Assembly: GCA_045642585.1 (NCBI GenBank)
Contig: JAZUJF010000235.1
Location: 1-28,674, forward strand
Source: Candidatus Limivicinus sp.
Lineage (GTDB): Bacteria > Bacillota > Clostridia > Oscillospirales > Oscillospiraceae
Reading direction: 5' to 3'
Length of the DNA: 28,674 nt
Positions 8,726-16,024 of the stretch are shown here, piece after piece. The first letter of the stretch is position 1; the number at the start of each line of letters is the position of its first letter. Both the position numbers and the translations under genes were made by a program. The notes beneath the pieces are model-generated. The model did no database searches, had not been told where the DNA came from, and saw only the letters and a list, made by a program, of their open reading frames with translations.

Positions 8726-8744
8726 GGCGCGCACCCCCTTGTAC

Positions 8745-8860
8745 AAAAAGAAAATGCCCTGCCGGCATTCCGACAAGACACGCAGACATACCCCCGCTGA
8801 TGTTGGGCGAAGGCACTGTATGAGCGATTTTGTCGGCATCTCTGTACCGGACTTAAAAAT
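8745..8860 (-). promoter_or_regulatory. PyrR-dependent transcription attenuator (binding loop plus terminator)
   Basis: Minus strand UUUAA-GUCCGGUA-CAGAGA-UGCCGAC-AAAA gives the CNGNGA hexaloop stem (8831-8860). Terminator AAUGCC-ggcag-GGCAUU-UUCUUUUU (8745-8769). The intervening UGCCUUCGCC could pair with the terminator arm as an antiterminator. Confidence 0.8.
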
Positions 8861-8877
8861 CTCTTTTGACCGTGGCT

Positions 8878-8906
8878 ATTATATAGCCGGGGCTGAACAT
8901 TTGCAA
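8878..8906 (-). promoter_or_regulatory. Sigma-A-type promoter of pyrR-uraA
   Basis: TTGCAA-17 bp-TATAAT directly upstream of the attenuator. Confidence 0.75.
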
Positions 8907-9019
8907 GAAGAATTTCATATTCGTGCTTTCCGGGCGAAATGCTGAAATAACACGGCTGTTTTTTGTGCGTTTTGACAGGAACAAACCGGCGGCCCGGAGC
9001 ATCATAATAACAGCAGAGC

Positions 9020-9047
9020 TTGACACACCGGAAATGAGGTATAAAAT
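9020..9047 (+). promoter_or_regulatory. Sigma-A-type promoter for the lipoprotein gene
   Basis: TTGACA-16 bp-TAAAAT; AAGGAG RBS before the ATG at 9078. Confidence 0.6.
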
Positions 9048-9077
9048 ACAGGAAAGAGCACTATCAAGGAGAACGAT

Positions 9078-9650
9078 ATGATAAAGAGAGTAATATGTTG
9101 TATATTGGTTACAGTCATGGCGGCCGGTATCTGCGCCTGCGGGGAGAAGCCGGGGGAAGTGGTGCGCGAGAATGAGACCCCGGCACCTGTATATGTACAG
9201 CCTGCATTTGCGCCTGCCGCCCAGCCCACGCCGGAGCCAACGGTCGAGCCCAGCCCTGTGCCGCTTATCCCCTCTTTCCCGCCTGTGTGGGACGAGAGCC
9301 TGAACTCCGTTCTGGACGAGATAACCGACGATGTGAGGCCGGGTTCCTCCGGAAGCAGTCTCAGGGCCGTCTGCTGTGCCGCCCATCTGCTTGACTGGGC
9401 TCACACTTCATCGCTCACTGATGATGAAGTGTACTCGGCGGTCCAGTGCTGGATGGAGACTCTGGATAACGAGAGACTCAACAATTTCCTGAACTCCGTT
9501 CTGGATGTGTATGATCGCTGCTATGATCTGCGCACAGACAGAGCGGACGAGCTGATGGAGGAGGCCGGGATAGATCATAGCTCATGGCCCTGGAGCGACC
9601 GGGCATTCAGAAAAGTGGAGATGGTCTGCTATGCCTGCGGCACAAGATGA
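9078..9650 (+). CDS. Hypothetical lipoprotein with a Pro-rich linker
   Basis: Basic N-terminus, hydrophobic core and lipobox-like ICAC. A linker (PAFAPAAQPTPEPTVEPSPVP) precedes a helical acidic domain. Confidence 0.75.
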   Translation: MIKRVICCILVTVMAAGICACGEKPGEVVRENETPAPVYVQPAFAPAAQPTPEPTVEPSPVPLIPSFPPVWDESLNSVLDEITDDVRPGSSGSSLRAVCCAAHLLDWAHTSSLTDDEVYSAVQCWMETLDNERLNNFLNSVLDVYDRCYDLRTDRADELMEEAGIDHSSWPWSDRAFRKVEMVCYACGTR

Positions 9651-9732
9651 TACATAGTATATTTTTATACATCGGGAAGCTGATCGATTTCGGCTTCCCG
9701 ACGCTTTTTTACAGCTTTTTATCCTTTTGCGA

Positions 9733-9761
9733 TTTACAAATTATCAGTGAAGGAGTAGAAT
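9733..9761 (+). promoter_or_regulatory. Sigma-A-type promoter for marR-MFS
   Basis: TTTACA-17 bp-TAGAAT. Confidence 0.5.
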
Positions 9762-9845
9762 ACATGGTAAAAGACGGTTAATTTGCCGGGAGTGAATTAT
9801 TCAGCGATCACCATATATAAAGAGCGCACTGCAGGAGGATATCCC

Positions 9846-10283
9846 ATGCTGGACAAAAATTTTAACGATGTATACGAAAAGTTCAAGCTCCGTTTTTATA
9901 AGGGGATATTTGAACTGGTGCGGGAGCGCCACGGCTCCCTGTCGGCAATGGAGGCATTCTCTCTGGAGGTCATACATATGCTGGGCAATCCCACCGTGGG
10001 GCAGTTCGCGGATTTCCTGAATATCTCCCAGTCCAATGCCACATATAAGGTCAATTCCCTTACAAGAAAGGGCTATATCAAGCGCGAGAACTCCAGGCTT
10101 GACCGCCGCGAGTACCACCTGACTCTGTCAGACAAGTATTATAACTATATATCTCTTCTCAGTGACTATCAGAAGACGGTAATGGATCGCATTCGCCAGA
10201 GGTTTTCCCCGGAGGATGTGGAAAAGTTCGATATGATGCTCAGTGTCATTTCCGACGAGCTGATGCCTGAGTGCAAGCTTTGA
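9846..10283 (+). CDS. MarR-family transcriptional regulator
   Basis: AGGAGG RBS before the ATG at 9846. Winged HTH pattern PTVGQFADFLNISQSNATYKVNSLTRKGYI.RE.S..DRRE..L.LS. Confidence 0.88.
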   Translation: MLDKNFNDVYEKFKLRFYKGIFELVRERHGSLSAMEAFSLEVIHMLGNPTVGQFADFLNISQSNATYKVNSLTRKGYIKRENSRLDRREYHLTLSDKYYNYISLLSDYQKTVMDRIRQRFSPEDVEKFDMMLSVISDELMPECKL

Positions 10284-10300
10284 GACAGGAGCGGACAGAT

Positions 10301-11749
10301 ATGAAAAAGACTGCGGCAGATAACGGCTTCCGGCTGAATTACAAGCGCACATTCCAGATCGGCTTTGCCTTCTTCGGCATACTGCTTCTCTGGCAGGTGT
10401 GGGACTCCTGGTGCCCCACCTTCCTCACCGATATTTTCGCAAGGAGAATGTACGGCATCTCCTCGGCGGAGCTCAAGGCAGGCGACCCGGAAAAGATACT
10501 CAATGTCCAGTGGCTGGTGGGTATAATCATGGCGGCCGACAATCTGGCGGCGCTGGTGCTCCTGCCTGTCTTCGGCAACCTCTCCGACAGGACCAAGACC
10601 CCTATCGGAAAGCGTATGCCCTATATTCTCACGGGTACCGCTGTCGTGGCGGTGACTTTCCCCTTTATCCCCCTGCTGTTCCATGCTAATAATATTGCCG
10701 GCATGATCGCCATTATGGTGGTAGTTCTGGTGTTCATGATGATGTACCGCAACCCCGCCGTCTCCCTCATGCCCGACATTACTCCCAAGCCGTTGCGGGC
10801 CAAGGCCAACGGCATTATCAACATCATGGGCTATATCGGCGGCGCGTTTGCCACCGTTCTGGGTATTTTCCTGAAGCTGTCCGACTACATCAACGCTCCC
10901 GATGCCGCGCGAAATGTCTGGATCATCGAGCTGCCCTTTATTATCGCCTCTGTGCTCATGGTCATCTCCGCTCTGGTGCTGTTCTTCTGCGTCAAGGAGA
11001 ACGAGATCGCGGAGGAAATGCACGACGAGATGGAGCGGGGCGAGCAGTATGCCGCTATCGCCACTCCGGTTGACGACGATAAGCCCATGTCCCCGGAGAA
11101 CAAAAAGATGCTGCTGGCCATTCTGGGCGCGGAGTTTTTATGGTTTATGGCAGATAACGCCATCGGAACATACATCGGCAACTATGTTATCTACTATCTG
11201 AACTCCTCCTCCGGCTCGACCATGTGGCTCACCATTCTGGGAGGTCTGGCCTCAGTTGTGGGCTTTGCCATCGCGGGCGGCATTGCCGAGAAGATAGGAA
11301 GAAAATGGACGATAGCCATAGGCCTTATGATAAGCTGTCTGGGTCTTGTGCTCATGTGCTTCATTTCTCCCACAGGTGTGGTGGCAGAAAAGAGTGCCCA
11401 CGGGGAATACACCTTCCCTGTGATCCTCTATGCCGTATGGGTCATCAAGGGCTTCGGCATGGCGCTGGTCCATAACTGCTCCTTCCCCATGGTGGTGGAG
11501 CTGTGTTCCTCCAACAAGATCGGCAAGTTCACCGGCTATTACTACACCGCTTCCATGTCGGCTCAGACCATTACCCCCATCCTGCTGGGTCTCGTTTTCA
11601 ACATGACCGGCGCATGGCGCGTTCTGCCGGTATATTCCACTGTCCTGCTGGTGCTCAGCTGCGCGGTCTTTACTCTGCTTGTCAAGAGCATCAGGGCCGT
11701 TAAGGTGGAAAATACCACCGGTATCGAGGCTCTGGGAGCGGACGACTGA
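10301..11749 (+). CDS. MFS transporter (SLC45 / sucrose-maltose-like glycoside:cation symporter group)
   Basis: About 12 TM segments. FG.LSDRTKTPIGKRMPYIL, YRNPAVSLMPDITPKPLRAKANGIINIMG and AEKIGRK motifs; AGGAG RBS. Confidence 0.85.
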   Translation: MKKTAADNGFRLNYKRTFQIGFAFFGILLLWQVWDSWCPTFLTDIFARRMYGISSAELKAGDPEKILNVQWLVGIIMAADNLAALVLLPVFGNLSDRTKTPIGKRMPYILTGTAVVAVTFPFIPLLFHANNIAGMIAIMVVVLVFMMMYRNPAVSLMPDITPKPLRAKANGIINIMGYIGGAFATVLGIFLKLSDYINAPDAARNVWIIELPFIIASVLMVISALVLFFCVKENEIAEEMHDEMERGEQYAAIATPVDDDKPMSPENKKMLLAILGAEFLWFMADNAIGTYIGNYVIYYLNSSSGSTMWLTILGGLASVVGFAIAGGIAEKIGRKWTIAIGLMISCLGLVLMCFISPTGVVAEKSAHGEYTFPVILYAVWVIKGFGMALVHNCSFPMVVELCSSNKIGKFTGYYYTASMSAQTITPILLGLVFNMTGAWRVLPVYSTVLLVLSCAVFTLLVKSIRAVKVENTTGIEALGADD

Positions 11750-11769
11750 GAATTAGGGATTTCAATAAT

Positions 11770-11934
11770 TAAGGAAACGCTGAATAATTCACTTTCGGCA
11801 TCTGCCGGAAAATTAGTGCTCTGATTTAGTCACTTTTTCTTGCAATACACAAAGTATTTCTGCAAAAAAGTGCCGTCATCAGAACCCGAATTATCTCGGC
11901 ATCTGCTCTCACCAAATTAATCAGCGTTTCCTTA
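11770..11934. mobile_element. 165-bp MITE-like palindromic element
   Basis: 20-bp terminal inverted repeats TAAGGAAACGCTGAATAATT / AATTAATCAGCGTTTCCTTA (19 of 20 matching). Internal palindrome CACTTTTT..TGCA..ATAC...GTAT..TGCA AAAAAGTG. No ORF; TA at both outer ends. Confidence 0.75.
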
Positions 11935-11938
11935 GCAT

Positions 11939-11974
11939 CAGACCCCCTGAGCCATTATCGGTTCAGGGGGTCTG
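11939..11974. terminator. Strong hairpin between the convergent MFS and DUF4867 genes (probable bidirectional terminator)
   Basis: 15-bp stem CAGACCCCCTGAGCC / GGTTCAGGGGGTCTG (one G.T pair) with a 6-nt loop. Confidence 0.75.
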
Positions 11975-11992
11975 TCAATTATGCTATCGTGA

Positions 11993-12661
11993 TCAGTCTA
12001 TGGGATTGATCTTCCAGTTCTCGCCGTAGATGCCGGAGAAGGCACCTCTGGCAACGAGACCGGTATTCTGCTCATGGGCGATGAGCCACTTGTTCCTGGC
12101 CCAGAGCTTGTCCTTACGCTGATCTTCGGTCAGGGGCAGGTTAGTGCCGCGCTGAAGGCCGACAATGCAGGAGAAGCCGGTTTTCCTGCTCACTTCGCAG
12201 GGGCAGAAGTGGAGAGTGTCGGAATACACCTCGATCATCTCTCCCTGTGCGAGATAAAAAGCCCTGACCCTGGAGGAATCCAGTCTGCCGTCGGCATCAA
12301 TATCATCACGCTTTGCCAGAAGCAGAACCAGCTCACGCACGGCGATATTGAACTCGTTGCAGGTGTGCCACTCAAGAGCGTTGAGAGTATCGGAGTGACC
12401 CCAGCACAGGCCGATCTGCTCGTCAAGACCGCCGCAATACACCTCACGGATAACATCGGCCTCGGGCGATACATCGATAGCCTCCAGAGAGGGCACATAT
12501 TTGCTGCCCTCCGCGGGGAACTCGGCCGCGGCCTCGGTCTTCTCGCAGATGCTCTTTGTGTCAGCTGTGATCACCCTGCCGTAGCGTCTGAACTCGGGAT
12601 CATTTACGGAGCATATCTCTATCTGAGGATTGACCTTGCGCAGTTCTTCAAGCTTATCCAT
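11993..12661 (-). CDS. DUF4867 family protein (cupin-like)
   Basis: SV.DPEFRRYGRVI, Y.PS...., QIG.CWGH...LNALEWH...E.NIA..ELVLLLA, EVYSDTLHFCPC, F..IVGL.RGTN, LWARNKWLIAHE. Confidence 0.8.
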   Translation of the reverse strand: MDKLEELRKVNPQIEICSVNDPEFRRYGRVITADTKSICEKTEAAAEFPAEGSKYVPSLEAIDVSPEADVIREVYCGGLDEQIGLCWGHSDTLNALEWHTCNEFNIAVRELVLLLAKRDDIDADGRLDSSRVRAFYLAQGEMIEVYSDTLHFCPCEVSRKTGFSCIVGLQRGTNLPLTEDQRKDKLWARNKWLIAHEQNTGLVARGAFSGIYGENWKINPID

Positions 12662-13574
12662 TGCGAACCTCTCTTTTATTTGTCTTCATAAACTCAATTA
12701 CTTCATCATAATAGGGGATGCCGTGCTGTGCGCCGAAGCGGGTACACTTGAGTGCCGCAGTGGCGGAGGCAAAGCAGCAGGCGTCGTAATCGCTCATGCC
12801 CTTGACCTTGGCGGCCACGAATGCGCCGTGGAAGGTATCGCCGGAGCCGTTGGTATCAACAGCCTCCACCGGGAACACGGGGTAGCGGACTTCCCTGCCG
12901 TCCTCGTAGATAAAGCCGCCCCGGGAGCCCTGAGTGATAACGAGAGTCTCGGGATGATAGCGGTCGTATATGACCCTTGCCGCATCCAGCGCGTTGCCGC
13001 AGCCGGTGAGCTTCAGGGTGTATTCCTCGGAGGGGATGAGAACATCCACCCAGGGCAGCAGATCTTCAATGCCCTTATAGTTGCCGCCGGCATCATAGCT
13101 GACCTTAACGCCCAGCTCTCTTGCTTTTTTTGCCGCCATGATGGCAAAATCTATCTGATTGCCGTCCACATGGAGGAACTTTGCCTTTTTAAGAGACTCA
13201 AGATCAAGATCTCTCTCGGTGGGCATGGGAGCCGTACCCCGGTCAACGATGCAGGTGCGGCTGGCGTTCTCGGAGTTCACATACACAAGGGCGAAGAAGC
13301 TCCGCGCGTCCTCCACCTTGCGTACCCTGCTCACATCCACGCCGAAGCCGCGAAGCTCCGACAGCACAAATTCGCCGGAGGCATCCGCGCCGATGGTGCC
13401 CAGATGCTGGGTGGAAACACCCATCTTGGTCATAGCTACCAGTGCCGTTGCCTCGGGGCCGCCGCACTGGGTCTTCATTTCGTTTACGATTATTTTGGTG
13501 TCTTCAGGTGGAAATCCGTCGCCGATGACCATGACATCATACACCACCGCACCTATTCCAAGTACTTCTGCCAT
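12654..13574 (-). CDS. PfkB/ribokinase-family carbohydrate kinase (YihV-like subgroup)
   Basis: Start at the ATG at 13574 (AGGAG RBS). GGPEATALVA, LGTIGAD..G, ITQGSRG, DTNGSGDTFHGA, AALKCTRFGAQHGIP. Confidence 0.92.
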   Translation of the reverse strand: MAEVLGIGAVVYDVMVIGDGFPPEDTKIIVNEMKTQCGGPEATALVAMTKMGVSTQHLGTIGADASGEFVLSELRGFGVDVSRVRKVEDARSFFALVYVNSENASRTCIVDRGTAPMPTERDLDLESLKKAKFLHVDGNQIDFAIMAAKKARELGVKVSYDAGGNYKGIEDLLPWVDVLIPSEEYTLKLTGCGNALDAARVIYDRYHPETLVITQGSRGGFIYEDGREVRYPVFPVEAVDTNGSGDTFHGAFVAAKVKGMSDYDACCFASATAALKCTRFGAQHGIPYYDEVIEFMKTNKREVRNG

Positions 13575-13595
13575 ATGCACTTTCTCCTGATACAG

Positions 13596-13619
13596 GTATC
13601 GCCGCAATAGCGGCGATAC
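13596..13619. other. Intercistronic perfect hairpin between the aldolase and the kinase
   Basis: GTATCGCCGC-AATA-GCGGCGATAC, 10-bp stem, with no U-tract on the coding strand. Confidence 0.7.
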
Positions 13620-13632
13620 TGTTATTATAAAA

Positions 13633-14454
13633 TTACCTGTCGGAGCCCAGGAGCCTGATGCGGTTGACAGCAAACTCCTTGACTGCCTTGGTGGGCTCAC
13701 GCATGAACAGATCCAGCGCGATGATGCTGGGATCAACTGCGCGGCAGCCGTCCAGAAAGCTGCAGCAGACATCGGTGCCGATATTGATCTTGCGGATACC
13801 GGCCTTGATCGCCTTGGTGATCTGATCGTCGGGAACGCCGGAGCCGCCGTGGAGCACCAGATGTGCGTCTGTGGCCTCGTGAATTTCCGCGATGCGGTCG
13901 ATAGCCAGAACGGGAGCCTTCTTGTAGTGACCGTGAGCGGTACCCACAGCGATAGCCAGAGCGTCAACGCCGGTCCTGTTCACGAACTCCACAGCCTCGG
14001 AGACCTTGGTGTACTCGGGCATGGTATCGTCCTTGGTGGAACCCACATGGCCGATCTCACCCTCCACGAACACGCCGCACTCTTTGCAGAGCTCAACAAC
14101 ATTCTTAGTGTAGGCGATGTTGTCCTCAAAGCTCTCGGTGGAGCGGTCGATCATAATGGAGCTTGCGCCCCAGTGGAGAGCGCGCATGACCTCGGGCAGA
14201 CCTGCGCCGTGATCCAGATGGAACGCGCAGGGGGTCTTCAGGTCGTCCATAGCCTGCCTGATGATGGGAGCAACATACTTTGCAATGTCGGAGTCGAACA
14301 GACGGGAGTACATCTGGAAGATGACAGGGGAGCCGGTCTCCTCGGCTGCCTGCTTTACGCCCATGACGGTCTCAAGATTGTAAACATTGAACGCGGGGAC
14401 AGCAAAGCCGCCCTTATCGCCCAGGTCAAGAACTTCTTTCAGGTTGCAGATCAT
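13633..14454 (-). CDS. Class II (metal-dependent) ketose-phosphate aldolase, FBA/TBP family
   Basis: AVPAFN, HLDHG, SIMID, EGEIGHVG, AIAVGTAHG, LVLHGGSG, KINIGT. Confidence 0.93.
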   Translation of the reverse strand: MICNLKEVLDLGDKGGFAVPAFNVYNLETVMGVKQAAEETGSPVIFQMYSRLFDSDIAKYVAPIIRQAMDDLKTPCAFHLDHGAGLPEVMRALHWGASSIMIDRSTESFEDNIAYTKNVVELCKECGVFVEGEIGHVGSTKDDTMPEYTKVSEAVEFVNRTGVDALAIAVGTAHGHYKKAPVLAIDRIAEIHEATDAHLVLHGGSGVPDDQITKAIKAGIRKINIGTDVCCSFLDGCRAVDPSIIALDLFMREPTKAVKEFAVNRIRLLGSDR

Positions 14455-14476
14455 TATATTTTCTCCTTATACTGTA

Positions 14477-15865
14477 TTAGCAGGTCTCAAAGCTCAGTGC
14501 GGGTATGTACTTGCAGAATTCCTTTATCTCCTCGGTGTAGCTGCCCTCGATCTCGGACATATGGTGGATGTAGGGACCCTCAATGAGCTTGCGCTCCCAC
14601 TTGTCCAGATCGTCGAACTCCGCCCACAGATAGGTGCCGAAGGTATAGGGGCCTTCGCAGCTCTTGCACTCGCCGGCGAGAACGGAGTAGTTCCCGTGCT
14701 CCTGATCGATGCGGGCCACGGTGTAGTGGCCGTCCTGTACATGGAAGTATTCGCGCATATTGACCATCTTGCAGGGCTCGTCCTTCTTGCGGAGGCTGTT
14801 TGCGAAGGGGCCGCAGTGCCACAGCAGCTCGGAGTTGGGATTCTGGGGATTGCGTGCGGTGAACTCGCCCAGGAAGGGCTTCTTCTCGCCCAGTGCGAGA
14901 CTCTTGAGCATGACCTGAGTGAGAGTGGCGTGCATATCGCTCTCGCAGCCGATGATATAGCCCTGATCGGCCAGGATACCGTATGCGGAGCAGGGCATTG
15001 CGCCCACCAGAAGCTGCATGGCTGTCCAGCACTCGGCAGAGATCGCGGAGACATTGAATTCCTCAAAGAGCTCCTTGTACATCAGAACAAAGGCGTAGAC
15101 CTTCTCCAGCACAGGCTCGGAGAGAGCGTCGATCTCATAGATGGAGCGGAACTCCTCTGCACCGGCAGCCAGCTCCTCCTTGCGCTCGGCAAGGATCCTG
15201 TTGTATCTGTCGTTTACGACGGCAAGGTTAATGGGGATCACATGGATGTCAAACTTGTCCATCAGCTCGCCCTCGTTGAAGATGACGGAGTTGAAGGGCT
15301 TGGGACGCATACCAACCTGTGCCACACGCAGACCTGTGAAGTTCTTCACGGCGCAGGCAACGCGGACAAACCTATCGAAGCCCTTTGCCAGTCTCTCATC
15401 ATCCACAGCGCAGTTCTCAACATAGGTGAAGGGAACATTCATGCGCTGGAGCATACGGCTCATACCGAACAGACCGCACTGGGAGTCGGTGTAACGCATA
15501 CCGTCGGCATCAAAGCGGTCATCCACAGGCCCCCAGAGAAGGACCGGCTTGCCGATGGCCTTGGCAACGGCGCCCGCCACCTCTTCCTGACCGAAGTTTG
15601 CGTTAATGAGGAATACCGCGTCCACCTTCTCGGCCTTGAAGCGCTCAACGACCTTCTCAACATCGCTGTCGCAGTAGAGAGTGTCAACGGCGTTGATGCC
15701 CTTCAGGTCAACAAAGCTCACATGCTCGGATGCAAAATTCTTCTCGATGTACTCAACGCACTTCCTGCCGCGCTCTTCGGCGATCTCCCAGTTGAAAATA
15801 CCGGGACGGGGGGTGACATCTCTGCGGATGGGAACCAGACCGATCTTCACTTCATAACTAAGCAT
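14477..15865 (-). CDS. L-fucose/L-arabinose isomerase-like aldose-ketose isomerase
   Basis: 462 aa. NFGQE, YTDSQCG, SAECW, GCESDMH (metal-ligand E/D pattern), LWHCGPF, GPYIHH. Confidence 0.85.
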   Translation of the reverse strand: MLSYEVKIGLVPIRRDVTPRPGIFNWEIAEERGRKCVEYIEKNFASEHVSFVDLKGINAVDTLYCDSDVEKVVERFKAEKVDAVFLINANFGQEEVAGAVAKAIGKPVLLWGPVDDRFDADGMRYTDSQCGLFGMSRMLQRMNVPFTYVENCAVDDERLAKGFDRFVRVACAVKNFTGLRVAQVGMRPKPFNSVIFNEGELMDKFDIHVIPINLAVVNDRYNRILAERKEELAAGAEEFRSIYEIDALSEPVLEKVYAFVLMYKELFEEFNVSAISAECWTAMQLLVGAMPCSAYGILADQGYIIGCESDMHATLTQVMLKSLALGEKKPFLGEFTARNPQNPNSELLWHCGPFANSLRKKDEPCKMVNMREYFHVQDGHYTVARIDQEHGNYSVLAGECKSCEGPYTFGTYLWAEFDDLDKWERKLIEGPYIHHMSEIEGSYTEEIKEFCKYIPALSFETC

Positions 15866-15928
15866 GATTTTTTCTCCTTAAAGAAAGCATTTTATGAAAA
15901 CAGGGTTGCTGTTATTAACCGAATATAG

Positions 15929-15957
15929 ATTATAGCCCTCAAAAGGCCGAAATGCTA
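15929..15957 (-). promoter_or_regulatory. Probable activator-dependent promoter of the isomerase operon
   Basis: Perfect TATAAT at 15929-15934 (minus strand) with a poor -35 (TAGCAT) 17 bp upstream. Confidence 0.45.
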
Positions 15958-16024
15958 TTTACCTAACTTACGATAATAAGGCCGAAGTGAGGAGGAATAT
16001 ATGTTTTTCTGAAAACAGGGTTTT

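Noticed and set aside
12654-13967. 437-aa extended PfkB ORF suggesting a fusion or overlap with the aldolase
   Set aside because: The extension is an alternative frame of the aldolase gene. There is a good RBS and ATG at 13574 where PfkB similarity starts.
12654-14454. Direct annotation of the kinase and aldolase as iolC and iolJ, or as pfkB/fba glycolytic genes
   Set aside because: The kinase lacks the IolC-type N-terminal motif, the aldolase lacks the distal-phosphate Arg motif, and both are co-transcribed with a fucose-isomerase-like gene and DUF4867. Kept only as an alternative hypothesis.
14387-15928. 513-aa plus-strand ORF antisense to the isomerase
   Set aside because: No RBS or recognisable motifs. 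It is a shadow ORF expected from strong G/C third-position bias in the real gene.
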